Assembly (NCBI RefSeq): GCF_006345805.1
Contig: NW_021825027.1
Coordinates: 1 to 16,852 of the forward strand
Origin: Octopus sinensis
Lineage: Eukaryota
Direction of reading: 5' to 3'
Length of the DNA: 16,852 nt
Every line of letters begins with the position of its first letter. The stretch's first letter is position 1. Positions 9,035 through 16,852 of the stretch are shown here, piece after piece. Below the pieces are notes generated by a model, which made no database searches, was not told where the DNA came from, and worked only from the letters and a program-made list of their open reading frames with translations. The position numbers and the translations under genes are program-made.

Positions 9035-10155
9035 ATTTTATGTTTGACTTTTGCTTTACATTTGTACAAGTTGGCTCCAAGTCTCACCCAAAGACCTCAA
9101 GAGACAACAAGTTGGAAGTTCATGTTGTTGTTATGTCTAGGGTGCCATATATTTGGTTTCGTACTTAGTGTTGTACTAGTGAATGTTTAAGAAACCATAA
9201 GAAAATTATGTTTGTTTTAAAACTTGAGATTACATAGAAAGTATTTTGCGTAGGATATGGACAGTTCCCATGAGCACTATCTTTTGAATTTCTGCCATTT
9301 TGGGGTTTCCTGGTATCTGAGTTAGGTAGCAATCAGCCCCTTTTGCTATCATTCCCAGGGCACCTATGACAACAGGTATTGTTTTAGTTTTCAGGTTCCA
9401 CATTTTGCTAATTTCTATTTCAAACTTTTTATATTTGCTCAGTTTTTGGTAGGTCTTGACAGATACGTTTATATCGATTGGGGCAGTCATATCAATGAGG
9501 ATGCATGTTCTTTGTCTGAAGTCTTTCAATATGATGTCTGGCCTATTTGCATCTATCTTTCTGTCAGTTTGAATGGTGAAGTTCCAGAGGAGTGAGATGT
9601 GGTCATTTTCAAGCACTGGAGGTGGTTTGTGGTCCTACCAGTTTTTTTTCATGGGGCAAATCCAGGTTTTTGCAAATTACCCAGTGAATATATTGTGCAG
9701 CTCTATCATGCCTGTTGAGATACTCTGTAGGCGCTAGAAGACTGCACTTGGAGATCACATGATCAATGGTTTCATTTTGTTGTTGACGTACACGACATGT
9801 TGGGCTACTGCCGTTCTTTAATATGTTGGCCTGGTAGTTCCTTGTAGGTAGGCATTGATCTTGAGCTGCTATGGTAAACCCTTCTGTTTCAGATTTTAAG
9901 CAAGAAGTCATTAACCATTGATGGGTAAGGGCTTTGTCAATATCGGCATTCTTAGTTCTCTTTGGGTATTTTCCATTGAGAGGTTTTTCTTGCCATTTAT
10001 CCGTAAGAATATCTAAGGCAGCAGTTTTAGCACGAGTTTTCATACGCTTGGCTTTTTCTGCGCTTATTTCTCGTATGTCAAATTCTGGAATTTGTATTTG
10101 GAATTTTTCTCTGCTTGTTGCTAGTATGTCAAATTCTGGAATTTGTATTTGGAAT
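9035..10155 (-). mobile_element. R4/Dong-like non-LTR retrotransposon 3' fragment (zinc knuckle, restriction-like endonuclease and 3' UTR), inactive
   Basis: ORF 9609-10043 has ETEGFTIAAQDQCLPTRNY, CRVRQQQNETIDHVISKC (a CCHC knuckle with one C-to-R change) and YLNRHD. ORF 9230-9616 has LLWNFTIQTD..NRPDII.KD..ILIDM..KLSKYK..IPVVIGALG (PD-(D/E)xK endonuclease). There is an A-run frameshift at about 9641-9649 and an in-frame TAG. The 3' UTR ends in an (AAC/AAT)n tail at 9007-9034. Confidence 0.9.
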
Positions 10156-10171
10156 AAATATTATTATTATT

Positions 10172-10423
10172 CAGTAGTTTTATTTTTATATCGTGCTTTC
10201 ACTTCACTACCGAGCGCATCTGTGTTTGCCTTGGGTATGTGCTGTGGTTTGTTGTGATGCTCTTATGGTTAATGTATGGAAAGTGTTCTGCGTAGGATGT
10301 ATGCAGTGCCTAGTAGTGCAATTTTCTCTATGTTATATGTGTTTGTAAGTCCTGGTGTTTTTGTTATGTATTTGTCTGAATATTTTTTTATCAAACCTAA
10401 TGCGCCAACTATGATAGGTATTA
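10172..10423 (-). mobile_element. Second, divergent R4-like 3' terminal fragment
   Basis: IIPIIVGALGLIKK...IPGL-like segment TPGLTNTYNIEKIALLGTAYILRRTLSI aligns with the C-terminus of the upstream-described element (VIGALGMI...EIQKIVLMGTVHILRKILSM). It has a different 3' UTR and an (AAT)n tail at about 10156-10171. Confidence 0.8.
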
Positions 10424-10725
10424 TTATTATTGTTGATGTTGTTGTTGTTGTTATTTGCAAGATCCAGTACAGCCAAAGTATTTTAATAATAAGGACACCT
10501 AGGTAGAGTCAAGGACAGCATACCCGTGCATTAACAGTGTGTACGAACACTCACGTGTCTACTAGAGTATATACGAATTTGTCCTTCCGGTTACACAAAC
10601 ATCCACAAGTACAGACCAAATCCACTCCACGTATACGTAAAATCACACCTAGGGTAAATTCCAGTATGCAGTCCACAGTCGACTCAAGGGAGATTCCGAA
10701 TGTGGTGTAAAATAAATGACACAAA

Positions 10726-11034
10726 TGGACTGAGTTTTACTACAGCTGTTTCAGACGTGTTTCTTTTTTATTAATGAACGTATCAGTTACATCATGTAAA
10801 AAAAAAACCTTATCTTCGGGCGAATCAAAATCAAAATTGAAATTAAGTTTAACATTTATGATTTTTCACAGAGTTTAGAATGCATATTGACTCTCTGTGC
10901 GAAAAATCTAAATTGTTGGACTTCATTTTATTTTCATTTCAATCCACCTGAGGAAAACGGTTTTTTTTAATGATGTAATTGATAAGTTTATCAATAAAAA
11001 CAAGTCTGAAACAGGTGTAGGGAACCTCAGTCCA
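10726..11034. mobile_element. 309-bp fold-back (MITE-like) element
   Basis: The left arm TGGACTGAG..CTACAGCTGTTTCAGAC..TATCAGTTACATCAT mirrors the right arm ATGATGTAATTGATA..GTCTGAAACAGGTGTAG..CTCAGTCCA. Inner GATTTTTC-ACAGAGT pairs with ACTCTCTGTGCGAAAAATC, leaving a loop at about 10875-10889. No TSD is evident. Confidence 0.75.
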
Positions 11035-11052
11035 CTTCTGTTAAGATGTATA

Positions 11053-11532
11053 CGTATGTGTGTATATATGTATGTATATATGTATGTATATATGTATGTA
11101 TATATGTATGTATATAATATGTCTATATGTATGCGTGTATGTATGTATGTGTATATACCTACTTACCTACCTACCTACCTACATACATACATGCATACAA
11201 ACATACATACATACATACATACATACTTACATACATACATACATATATACATACAAACATACATACACACAAACCTACCTACATACATACGTACATACAT
11301 ACATACATACATATATACATACATGCATACATACGTACATACATACATACCTACATAGATACATACGTACCTACATACATACATACGTAAATACATACAT
11401 ACATGCATACATACATACATACGTACATACATACATGCATACATACACACATACATATATACATACATACACACATACATATATACATACATACATTCAT
11501 ACATACATACATACATACAAACATACATACAT

Positions 11533-11565
<33 letters not shown>

Positions 11566-11577
11566 TACATACATACA

Positions 11578-11611
<34 letters not shown>

Positions 11612-11638
11612 CAAACATACATACATACATACATACAC
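11053..11638. repeat. (TATG)n followed by (TACA)n tetranucleotide arrays
   Basis: Direct reading; the orientation switches near 11155. Confidence 0.97.
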
Positions 11639-12026
11639 TGCCCAAGGATTTATCTTTCTGTGTCCCCTTTTTTCCATTTCTACTGAAGCCCCTTTGTATC
11701 ACAGAATTGGGGTTAGTGAAACGAAATGTTGCTGTCGTTGTCTTTGTGACGGTGGTGGCGTCGGCGGCGGCGGTGGGTCTTGTTTTAGCCCCTCTCTAGT
11801 TCCCTTACCCCATAAAAAAAAAATAAGACCCTTATCACGAGTGATGGAAGCCCTATAGTTTTGGGATATGACAGTGAAAAGGGACATTATTTTCGACTCT
11901 ATTCCATTCCCGTTACATTCTTTGCAATCCTTTTTTCTGTCCCTTTTTTTTTATAAAAAAAAGACCCTAAACAACAACAGCAACAAGAATATTTTGGGGA
12001 CAGTGATCTAGGTTATCTTAATCTCA

Positions 12027-13183
12027 GTGGTGGTGGTGGTGGTGGTGGCGGTCTTGATGGTGGTGGTCGTGGTGGTAGTAGAAGTGATGGCTGTGGTAGT
12101 ACTGGTAGTGGTTGTGGTGATTGTAGTGGCGAAGGTGGTGGTTGTAATGTTGATAGTAATGGTGGTGGTGGTGATAGTGGAGGTGCTTGTTAGTGGTAGT
12201 AGAGGTGATGATTGTACTGGTGGTGGTGGTGGTGGTGGTAGTGGTGGTATTGTTGATGATGATGGCGGTGGCTGTGGTGATATCTGATAGCAGTAGTGGT
12301 GGTCGTGGTGTGGTGGTGATAGTTGAGATGGTGATGGTGGTTGTAGCGGTGGTGATGTTGCTAGTGGTAGTGACAGCAGTAGTAGCGGTGGTGGTGGTGG
12401 TGGTGGTGGTAGTGGTTGGTGATAGTAGTAGTAGTGGTAGTGGTTACAGTGGTGGAGTTAGTTGTATTGGTAGCGGCGGTGGTGGTGGTGGCGGTGGTGG
12501 TGATGGTGGTAGCATTGATGATGATGGTAGTGGTGGTGGTGCTGGTGGTAGAAGAAGTAATGTTGTTGTTGGTAGAGGTAGTAGTAGTGATGCTGGTGAT
12601 GGTGGTGGTGGTAGCGGTGATGATGATGATGGTGGTGGTGGTAGTAGTGGCGGTGCCGGTGGTAGAGGTAGTAGTAGTGATGGTGGTGGTGGTGGTGGTG
12701 GTGGTAGTGATGGTGGTGATAGTAGTAGTGGTTGTGCTGGTGGTAGCAAAAGTGTTGTAGTTGTTAATAGAGGTAGTAGTGCTGTTGCTGCTGGTAGTAG
12801 AAGTAATGTTGTTGTTGGTAGAGGTAGTAGTAGTGGTGGTACTGGTGGTGATAGTAGTAGTGGTGGTGGTGGTGGTGGTGGCGGTGGTGGTGTTAGTGGT
12901 GGGAGTGATGGTGGTGGAAGTAGTAGTGTGTTGATGGTGGTGGTAGTAGTAGTGTGTTGATGGTGGTGGCGGTGGCGGCGTCGGTGTTAGTGGTGGTAGT
13001 GATGGTGGTGGTAGTAGTAGTGTGTTGATGGTGGTGGTAGTAGTAGTGTGTCGATGGTGGTGGCGGTGGCGGCGTCGGTGTTAGTGGTGGTAGTGATGGT
13101 GGTGGTAGTAGTAGTGTGTTGATGGTGGTGGTAGTAGTAGTGTGTCGATGGTGGTCGTGGTGGCGGCGGTGGTGGTGGTGGTT
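12027..13183. repeat. Degenerate (GGT)/(AGT)/(GAT) low-complexity tract ending in a 94-bp higher-order repeat
   Basis: Direct reading. The GTTAG anchor recurs at 12892, 12986 and 13080. Confidence 0.9.
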
Positions 13184-13329
13184 AGAATTGTTCCTTCTTT
13201 TTGTTTCCGTTGTTGCTTCTGTTGCATTCATAATGGTTTTTTTCTCTCTGTTTTGTTTTCGTCGTCGCCATCTTCCATCGCCGCCATCGTGGTTGTTCTT
13301 ATTTTATTATGTTTTTCTTTATATCATTA

Positions 13330-13720
13330 TTTTAGCTGTTGTTGTTGTTGTTGTTGTTGTTGTTGCTGCTGTTGTTCATCTCGTTTGTTTGTCATTGCTC
13401 AGGTGACAGCTCAAATGATTTATACAGCCAGCACCAACGTCACCACCACCACCACCACCACCACCACATCATCATCATCATCATCCTCATCATCATCATC
13501 ATCATTACTATAATCACAACTGCAAAAGCAACAACAACGACAACAAGTCACAACAACAGCGACAAAAAAGCGGTAACAAAAGCAACAGCAGTGATTGTAG
13601 TGGCGGTGGTGGTGGTGATGGTGGTGGTAATGTTGATGGTGATGGTGGTGTCAGTGTTGTTGTTGTTGTTGTTGTTGGTGGTGGTGGTAGAAGTGATGGC
13701 AACAACAGCAACAACAATAA
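13330..13720. repeat. Mixed trinucleotide runs (GTT, CAC, CAT, AAC, GGT)
   Basis: Direct reading. Confidence 0.9.
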
Positions 13721-13819
13721 CATGCGTACCAACTATAAGTACGCATGCGCAGAAGGTAGTGTGACAATGATAAAATTATGCTAAAGCAAAAGTGCAGATA
13801 ATTTTTGACTTCTCCTCGT

Positions 13820-13821
13820 GT

Positions 13822-13858
<37 letters not shown>

Positions 13859-13895
13859 ATATATATATTATATATATATATATATATATATTTAT
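13820..13895. repeat. (TA)n
   Basis: Direct reading. Confidence 0.95.
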
Positions 13896-14025
13896 TTATA
13901 TTCTATAGAGGGCATTATTACACATAAATGCCTCACGCTAAGAGGGACATAAGTCATTACTACTAAAATTTAACTAATCATACCTAATGCAGTTTTTGAA
14001 GCAAGACATTTAAAAAACTGAATTT

Positions 14026-14090
14026 AGTTCTATATCACCTGTGATTTCACAATTAACGCATCAAATACGTCTATGTTCATCAGTAGAACC
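14026..14090 (-). ncRNA. Type I hammerhead ribozyme, apparently intact
   Basis: Minus strand reads GGTTCTA-CTGATGA-ACAtagACGTAtttgaTGCGTtaatTGT-GAAA-TCAC-ag-GTGA-T-A-TAGAACT. Stem I is 7 bp (GGUUCUA/UAGAACU). Stem II is 3 bp, an internal loop, then 5 bp. Stem III is AUCA(C)/(G)UGAU. All core nucleotides are present and the cleavage triplet is AUA. Confidence 0.85.
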
Positions 14091-14145
14091 GATTCTGAAC
14101 ACATCATAATTAAACAAACAACCAACATACCTAGCGAAGCCAGGT

Positions 14146-14290
14146 ATATATATATATAATATATATAATATATATATATATATATATCTATATATATATA
14201 TATATATATATAGATATATATATATATATATATAATATATAACATAATATATATATATCATATTTAATGTATATATATATATATATATAT
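14146..14290. repeat. (TA)n
   Basis: Direct reading. Confidence 0.95.
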
Positions 14291-14380
14291 CTTTTACTTT
14301 TTTACATGTTTCAGTCATTTGACTGTGGCCATGCTGGAGCACCGCCTTTAGTCGAGCAAATCGATCCCATGACTTACTCT
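14291..14380 (-). mobile_element. SINE 3' end fragment
   Basis: Minus strand reads GGCGGTGCTCCAGCATGGCCACAGTCAAATGACTGAAACATGTAAAA, homologous to the plus-strand 16690-16745. Confidence 0.75.
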
Positions 14381-14472
14381 AATCCCCTATAGAACTTCAT
14401 AGTGGAACTTTCACCGACCGCGTTACGCGATTGGCAGAAAGCTGTGAGCACTTGCTGACACTCCAGGTGAAC

Positions 14473-14683
14473 AATCCTTTCTATTATAGACATAGGGCTG
14501 GAAATTTCGGGGAGGGGAATAGTCGATTACTTCGTCCCCAGTACTTAACTGGCACTTAATTTACCGACCCCAAAACGCTGAAAGGCAAAGTCGACCTCGG
14601 CAGAATTTGAACTTAGAACGTAAGGACGGATGAAATAACGCTAAACATTGCGTCCAGCTAACGATTCTGTCAGGGGCAACCGA
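14473..14683 (-). mobile_element. SINE fragment with a Meta-domain-like core
   Basis: Homologous to 16451-16645. The minus strand has GTTCAAATTCTG (B-box-like) followed by CCGAGGTCGACTTTGCCTTTC...GGGGTCGGTAAATTAAGTGCCAG. The Meta assignment is from memory. Confidence 0.7.
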
Positions 14684-15397
14684 GGAACCCTACACATCCT
14701 GGTTATCCCGAGGGCCAGGTGCACCTCAGCAGGTGTCTCTCTGCTTCTCAACTTCTCCAGTTTACAGACGAATATTCATAGCAGGCTCATTCACATGAGC
14801 CATCCTCACCACATTCACTCACCTTCCTGGGGGTGGGGGCAAAACTTCCCTCTCCAAACTCACAATCCATTTCAAGTGGAACTTGAAATGAGGGCTTGGT
14901 CGATGAGGGCTTGGCCGATAAGGGCTTGGCCGATGAGGGCTTGGCCGATGAGGGCTTGGTCGATGAGGGCTTGGCCGATGAGGGCTTAGCCAATGAGGGC
15001 TTGGTCGATGAGGGCTTGGCCAATGAGGGCTTGGCCGATGAAGGCTTGGCCGATGAAGGCTTGGCCGATGAGGGCTTGGCCAATGAGGGCTTGGCCGATG
15101 AAGGCTTGGCCGATGAAGGCTTGGCCAATGAGGGCTTGGCCGATGAGGGCTTGGCCGATGAAGGCTTGGCCGATGAAGGCTTGGCCGATGAGGAAAGTAT
15201 CTGTCTTCTGTCCCTTCAGCTTCGTCCACCACACTACCTCCTTCGCCATAATCACCAGACAGAGGAAAACTGCCTTTCCTTCCAGACCAAAAGAAGGCGG
15301 CGGGGCGATCTCCACGATGGACTCAGCTGATAACCGGATCCGTCCTACACGCGACAACAACTATTCGACAAGGCTCCACCAGTCAGTAAAGATCTAG
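14684..15397 (-). mobile_element. Probable L1/Tx1-type LINE ORF2 C-terminal fragment plus part of the 3' UTR
   Basis: Minus-strand translation gives IFTDWWSLVE*LLSRVGRIRLSAESIV...FLCLVIMAKEVVWWTKLKG...TFLIGQAL, then the repeats, then a frameshift into FKFHLKWIVSLEREVL...R*VNVVRMAH. This fits my recollection of the post-CCHC pattern of L1/Tx1 ORF2 (W..V..L...K..IW..R...F...L...W). The CCHC motif and RT domain are absent. Confidence 0.55.
14888..15193. repeat. 15-bp GC-rich minisatellite, 20 units (ATGAGGGCTTGGCCG), with a 60-bp higher-order repeat
   Basis: Counted 20 units with no indels. Lines 15001-15180 form three near-identical 60-mers with a GAG,GAG,GAA,GAA pattern. Confidence 0.97.
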
Positions 15398-15724
15398 TTT
15401 TTTTTTTCCATTCGCAAAATATGCGTTTTTTAAAAAACAGTAAAAAATCTGAAAATCGGTCATAATAAAAAAGTTTTCCAGTCTAATTGCTAAGAAGGTA
15501 TGATGTGGAGAAAAAAAAATTGGAGGGAAAAGTTAGAGGTTTAAAAATCGAAAAATTATATATTTATAGTCAAAAGCAAGACAGAAATTTTATGCATTTA
15601 GTGGAGCAGTGTCAACTTTAAGGTTGTACCCTGTGAAATTTATAGTTTAGCATCTGTGACGTGACCTGATAATTGTAGCTTTCTAAATAAACAGAAATAC
15701 TTAATAAAATTAATGATAATAATA

Positions 15725-16270
15725 CAGTACCAGGTAGTGGCTCTCATGAATTCTGATCTTAACTGATTGGAAGTGTTATCATGTACATTGTTTTGTCTTG
15801 GTATAAAAGATGGGCTACAGCAAATAATCTGCTCAATACCACAGATTTGCTAGTCAGTTGTTTGACCTTAACCTGTTGACGATGTCCCTTAGTGGCTGAC
15901 GATATGTGCATCTCTGATCACGAGTAGAAGTAGTGGGGGAGCATCATAGCCATGTGTTGAAAGGAATTCTTAGAGGTTTGAATAAGTCACCTCTGGAAAC
16001 ATGGGCGTTTCGTTCAATATCCTTAAACAACCCTTATTCAAGGACCTTTTGAGTGGGATGGGCTACTCGACTTGAAGAAAATTCTAACTGGGCCCCACCT
16101 GCAAAGTCATGTGCTGTTTATCTTGATATGAGATCACCATGTCGCGCACATATGGTTGTGATGTATGTGCCTGGTGTACCCTTATCAGACGGGTAGTCAT
16201 GATGGGTATACTGGACTTCGTATATTTTACCCTAGTGTCACTTTGATGGCATTCACTGCTCTCTCACTCA
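15725..16270 (+). mobile_element. AAT-tailed non-autonomous retroposon, near full-length copy
   Basis: Reverse complement of 8451-8995. It is preceded by TAATGATAATAATA and followed by (AAT)n at about 16271-16332. Confidence 0.85.
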
Positions 16271-16297
16271 ACAATAATAATAATATAATAATAATAA

Positions 16298-16332
<35 letters not shown>

Positions 16333-16342
<10 letters not shown>

Positions 16343-16450
16343 TTTTTTTTATTGCCCACAAGGGGCTGAACATAGAGGGGACAAACAAGGACAGACAAAC
16401 AGATTAAGTCGATTACATCGACCCCAGTGCGTAACTGGTACTTAATTTAT
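16333..16450 (-). mobile_element. SINE 3' fragment with the same core and an alternative tail
   Basis: AGTCGATTACATCGACCCCAGTGCGTAACTGGTACTTAATTTATCGACCCCGAA is shared with 14520-14575 and 16517-16572, but the distal sequence differs. Confidence 0.7.
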
Positions 16451-16645
16451 CGACCCCGAATAATAATAATCCTTTCTACTATTGGTACAAGGTCTGAAAT
16501 TTGGTCGGAAGGGACTAGTCAATTACATCGACCCCCAATGTTTCACTGGAACATAATTTATCGACACCGAAAGGATGAAAGGCGAAGTCAACCTTGGCAG
16601 AATTTGAACTTAGAACATAAAGACGGACGAAATAACGGCTCTGTC
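16451..16645 (-). mobile_element. SINE fragment with a Meta-like core and short TAA tail
   Basis: Colinear with 14473-14645. Confidence 0.75.
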
Positions 16646-16652
16646 CTAATAA

Positions 16653-16750
16653 TAAGGACTAGGGGTCGATTAAAGAAAAAAACATCCTTTGAGGTGGTGC
16701 CCCAGCATGGCCACAATCCAACATGACTGAAACCAAGTAAAAGAATAAAA
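16653..16750 (+). mobile_element. SINE 3' end fragment
   Basis: GGTGGTGCCCCAGCATGGCCACAATCC..ATGACTGAAACCAAGTAAAAG is homologous to 14291-14350. Confidence 0.7.
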
Positions 16751-16775
16751 AAAATAATAAAAAGCTACAAAAATA

Positions 16776-16852
16776 GGCGCAGGAGTGGCTGTGTGGTAAG
16801 ATAGCTTGTTTACCAACCACATGGTTCCGGTTCAGTCCCACTGCATGGCACT
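16776..16852 (+). mobile_element. tRNA-derived SINE head, running off the window
   Basis: GGCGCAGGAG is followed by TGGCTGTGTGGT (A box, 16786-16797) and GGTTCAGTCCC (B box, 16829-16839). Confidence 0.8.

Noticed and set aside
12187-12960. 257-aa Gly/Ser/Asp/Val-rich ORF resembling a structural protein
   Set aside because: It has a TTG start, lies wholly within a degenerate GGT tract where several frames are open, and has no unique domain. The adjoining 94-bp repeat breaks frame.
198-13764. Numerous poly-I/Y/L/V/C/HT ORFs in the ORF track
   Set aside because: They are direct translations of microsatellites, with no complexity or splice context.
14128-14146. Helitron 3' end suggested by the GCGAAGC hairpin
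   Set aside because: There is no downstream CTRR terminus and no TC 5' end was identified. It is kept only as a hairpin.
14888-15193. Possible CRISPR-like array
   Set aside because: The units are contiguous with no unique spacers, and the context is eukaryotic.
14896-15330. DEGLA pentapeptide-repeat protein, and the AKPSS and HRPSP alternatives
   Set aside because: There is an in-frame TGA at 14884-14886 just upstream, no ATG and no clear acceptor. The repeat is better explained as an expansion inside a LINE fragment.
15400-15720. Possible DNA-transposon remnant in AT-rich sequence
   Set aside because: No TIR pair, coding homology or second copy is visible.
16776-16852. Functional tRNA gene, also considered for 4060-4120
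   Set aside because: A and B boxes are present but there is no complete cloverleaf, and the sequence continues into SINE-type body.

Overview
Repeat-saturated, AT-rich eukaryotic non-genic DNA with no supportable host protein-coding gene. Its repeat families resemble my recollection of octopus (cephalopod) genomes, which I have not verified. Almost all long ORFs in the track come from microsatellites. The recognisable content is: two decayed mariner transposase copies of different subfamilies plus a tandem trio of short mariner deletion derivatives (1.2-3.8 kb); several tRNA-derived SINE pieces; a head-to-tail minus-strand chain of R4/Dong-like restriction-like-endonuclease LINE 3' fragments and an AAT-tailed non-autonomous element, all joined by (TAA)n (8.1-10.4 kb); a 309-bp fold-back element; and the C-terminal end of a probable L1/Tx1-type LINE in which one 15-bp coding segment has expanded into a 20-unit minisatellite. 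The most striking observation is an apparently intact type I hammerhead ribozyme on the minus strand at 14026-14090. There is also a minimal Penelope-type hammerhead at 6948-6982 and two degenerate hammerhead-like relics. All alignments, translations and RNA folds were done by eye.
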